A stretch of 61,761 nucleotides of DNA, filler included, from Globobulimina sp. (Eukaryota): the NCBI GenBank assembly GCA_003354225.1. It is 23 parts of 23 records of this genome, joined end to end, with 100 filler letters (N's around TTAATTAATTAA, not from the genome) between each part and the next. Parts side by side here need not be neighbours in the genome. Positions count along the whole stretch, not along the records: positions 59,176 to 61,761 come from PIVH01005852.1; 22 more parts are not named here. One strand, written 5' to 3'. The notes beneath the pieces were generated by a model. That model worked only from the letters and a program-made list of their open reading frames with translations, did no database searches and had not been told where the DNA came from. Shown piece by piece: positions 59,186-61,761 of this stretch; the first letter of the stretch is position 1, and each line of letters opens with the position of its first letter. Both the position numbers and the translations under genes were made by a program.

Positions 59186-61253
59186 TCAGAATCTATCGAA
59201 TGTACCATTACCTGCCACGATATCTGTCCATTGCATATAATGATCAGAGATCCTCCATTTTTGTTGATTGCTTCGTAAATCAAATAATTCAATAAAATTA
59301 TCAGTTTTTCGTTTTTTAGTACCTTTGTCAATATACAAAATATCATTTGATTGATCATTTAAACTCCATAACGTACATCCTTTGCGATGAATATATTCCG
59401 TTTCTGGTAAAAATATCCATTTATTTTTAATTGTATCATATCCTTCAATACATTGCGTATCATCACCGCCAATAAATACTTTTTTATGTGTTTTATTGTA
59501 ATGTAAACTTGGTTGAATCCATTGATGTCCGTTATGTTTTGTAATTGGTGCTTTTCCGTGAGAATAAGATGTATAATAATCTATTTGTGTGGCTTTACGA
59601 TTTACTTCAAATCTACATAATTGTCGGTATGCATTTAAAGTAATATCAAAATAACCAACTTCCATTTCCATACTTTTCACAGCAACATAGGCATCGTTGC
59701 GTCGATAATTATGTTCAGTTATTTTGCTTATTATTTAGAAATTATTATAGTATCATTCCCTAACAATATCAGCTTTGAAACGAGTTGCTGACATGATGCT
59801 GAATTTAAGTCAAAAAACTTTAAGAAAACATCATCAAACTCTGCACCATTCAGCTTAACTTTCAGTTGGATCTGATACTGTTAAGTGATAACTATATACC
59901 TTAACATAAATAATTTCTCGGATTCACCATATTCCAATGATGGACTATCAATGACACACATTCCATGAACACTCTGTATAGCTCGCATTTTTACATTTGA
60001 ACCTGTTTCTAATTTCACCCATTTCCAACCTGAATCTTTTTCATCATCGCATTTTTCATCAATCTCACTGAATTTTAATCTATGAATAGTAAACTTATTA
60101 TGATTATAACCCAAATTATCCATCGCTAATAGTCCATAATGAGAGGAATACACAAACATTCGCAGTTGCGATCGTCGATTATTATTCGTAATCACTGGTA
60201 ATTGCATCTCAAACGCATCGATCTGTTTTGTATTTGATAGTTTATACTTATCATCATTGTCAGCAGTAAATGTACAATTTTGTAATAACCGATTATCAAA
60301 TATGATCATTGACGGTTTATGTTCAATTCTCCAGGCATTTAACTTACATTTTAATATAATGCTTGGCTCTTTGATTGGGGATAAAATGTCGGCATAGGAT
60401 GTATAGGCTTGGCGAGGGATTGTAATGTCTGACAAATAATATGTATGCACTGTCTTATCAAACCAATGTTGATCTAACGTCACAATGTTCTGTGTATCGT
60501 CCATTGATACAGTCTTAAATTTTATTATTTTTTTACAATTTAAGTTTATACATTCGATGCCATTTAATAGTTACTGATTGAACGAGGATTGGATGATAAA
60601 CATAATCATATTTGCTTCATAGTATTCTTCACAGAGTTTGACGATATCAAAAGGGATTATATTCATAATGGATTGACTGTTATCATTATCATTGCCTAAC
60701 AATACAAAAATAACATGTCGTATATAGCCAGTGACTAATATTGCTTTCATATTAGATTCAAATTTATTACTACTTTTGTGATAATTTGCTGCTTCATATG
60801 GTTCATAGGTGGTTGTTGGTGGCGGTGTATTATTATCGTCGACGTCTGCTGCTGTCAATTTATGTTTGGTTTGGCCGCCACACTGATACGGTACCGGTTG
60901 TTGTATTGATTTTAGGTAATTACTGCATTCAGTGATGTTGTTACCATATTTAGCAATTGCGTCCAGACACTCATCCAATGTATATCCCATTTTACGAAGA
61001 TTGTCAAATACGTTCCCTGTATATTGGTTCGGAAGGATTAGTTTTTAGACGTTTTATCACCATCTCCCTGGTGTGCGGGGATAATCTAAAAACTAATCCC
61101 TCCGAACCAATCTACAGGGAAAGTATGATGATTCTGGGCAATTTAATGTCCGTCATATGCGTTGAGCAACAACAAACAGTAAAACATACCATGATTTGTT
61201 TTTGTATTTGTGCTTGTTTTGCTGCGTTTGTTTTTTGAGTTCTTTGCGCCCAT
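59186..61253 (-). CDS. Possibly myristoylated UBA-like and Kelch-like protein, multi-exon, carrying a MITE insertion
   Basis: MGAKNS start, intron 61134-61189, FDNLRKMGYTLDECLDAI (UBA-like), LVTGYIR...IP.DIVKLC..YY, Kelch-like VFIGG...YD...NKW. The joining of 59690-59900 is unclear. Confidence 0.65.
61010..61124. mobile_element. Hairpin MITE of about 115 bp with about 39-bp terminal inverted repeats
   Basis: ACGTTCCCTGTATATTGGTTCGGAAGGATTAGTTTTTAGA ... TCTAAAAACTAATCCCTCCGAACCAATCTACAGGGAAAGT (3 mismatches), flanked by an AT (or TA) duplication. Confidence 0.9.
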
Positions 61254-61394
61254 GTTTTGAAAGTTTTTTTTAACTGAAGTAGGAACATTTATTTTTTCTC
61301 TCTTTCGTCCGGAAAATGTCCTCCCATGAATGTTACCTTGATAACATGTTGGACTTTTTATATACAATGTGTAGGTATAAGAATGCATACAAGA

Positions 61395-61482
61395 GGCGGT
61401 ATGGCTGAGTGGTTAAAGCGCATATCCTTCAGGTTATGTGGGTTACATACGACCCTCGGGGGTTCGAATCCTCCTGCCGTCG
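61395..61482 (+). tRNA. Type II (Ser-like) tRNA gene with an atypical 8-nt anticodon loop CCTTCAGG
   Basis: 7-bp acceptor GGCGGTA/TGCCGTC, G73, D-arm GCT-GAGTGGTTAA-AGC, variable stem GGGTT/GACCC, T-arm GGGGG-TTCGAAT-CCTCC, T7 run at 61488-61494. Confidence 0.85.
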
Positions 61483-61761
61483 CTACATTTTTTTATGAAA
61501 AAGTAGAAATGAATTGTTATGGTAGAGGCTGAGAATTCAGCAATTAAAAGGTCTTCGTTGTTGCATAAGTTGAAGAGAAAGAGGTGTTTTTTTGCTTTGG
61601 AATGAAACACCAATCTTTAACGGAGCCGTAACATTTTCAAAAGCCACTGATTCTTTGTTGCAAAGCAATGATTTATAATATATATTAGAGTTTGTGCATT
61701 TAAGTGAATTGAAAGTAAAATCACTAATCGAATTAGTTTTCACTCGTCAACTTAACAATGG

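Noticed and set aside
61395-61482. Selenocysteine tRNA
   Set aside because: It has a 7/5 acceptor/T fold and a short D-stem with internal A/B boxes, not the eukaryotic 9/4 Sec architecture.

Overview
This window is not one locus. It is 23 unrelated contigs of about 2.59 kb, sorted by length and joined by an artificial 100-bp spacer (N44-TTAATTAATTAA-N44), so gene neighbourhoods across spacers mean nothing. The DNA is AT-rich and eukaryotic with short (about 50-95 nt) spliceosomal introns. The gene content (actin, myosins, fimbrin, coronin, HSPA12-like Hsp70, TRAF RING, 7TM-RGS, Kelch-like proteins, DUF3825, NRT2, GLDH, CNOT11, PANK, TALE homeobox) suggests a foraminiferan-like rhizarian; that assignment is inference. 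Several broken genes and probable amplification chimeras are present. The best leads are: (1) an otherwise intact Ser-type tRNA gene with an 8-nt anticodon loop around TCA; (2) a hairpin MITE inside a UBA exon whose terminal repeats supply frame-restoring GT/AG sites (introner-like); (3) two bacterial-type DUF3825 genes, one with a PAM2-like motif; (4) a gustatory-receptor-like 7TM protein; (5) an intronless bacterial-type cupin; (6) a recurrent GTnnnGT splice-donor class and a GC-AG intron. All family assignments come from motif recognition by eye, not database searches.
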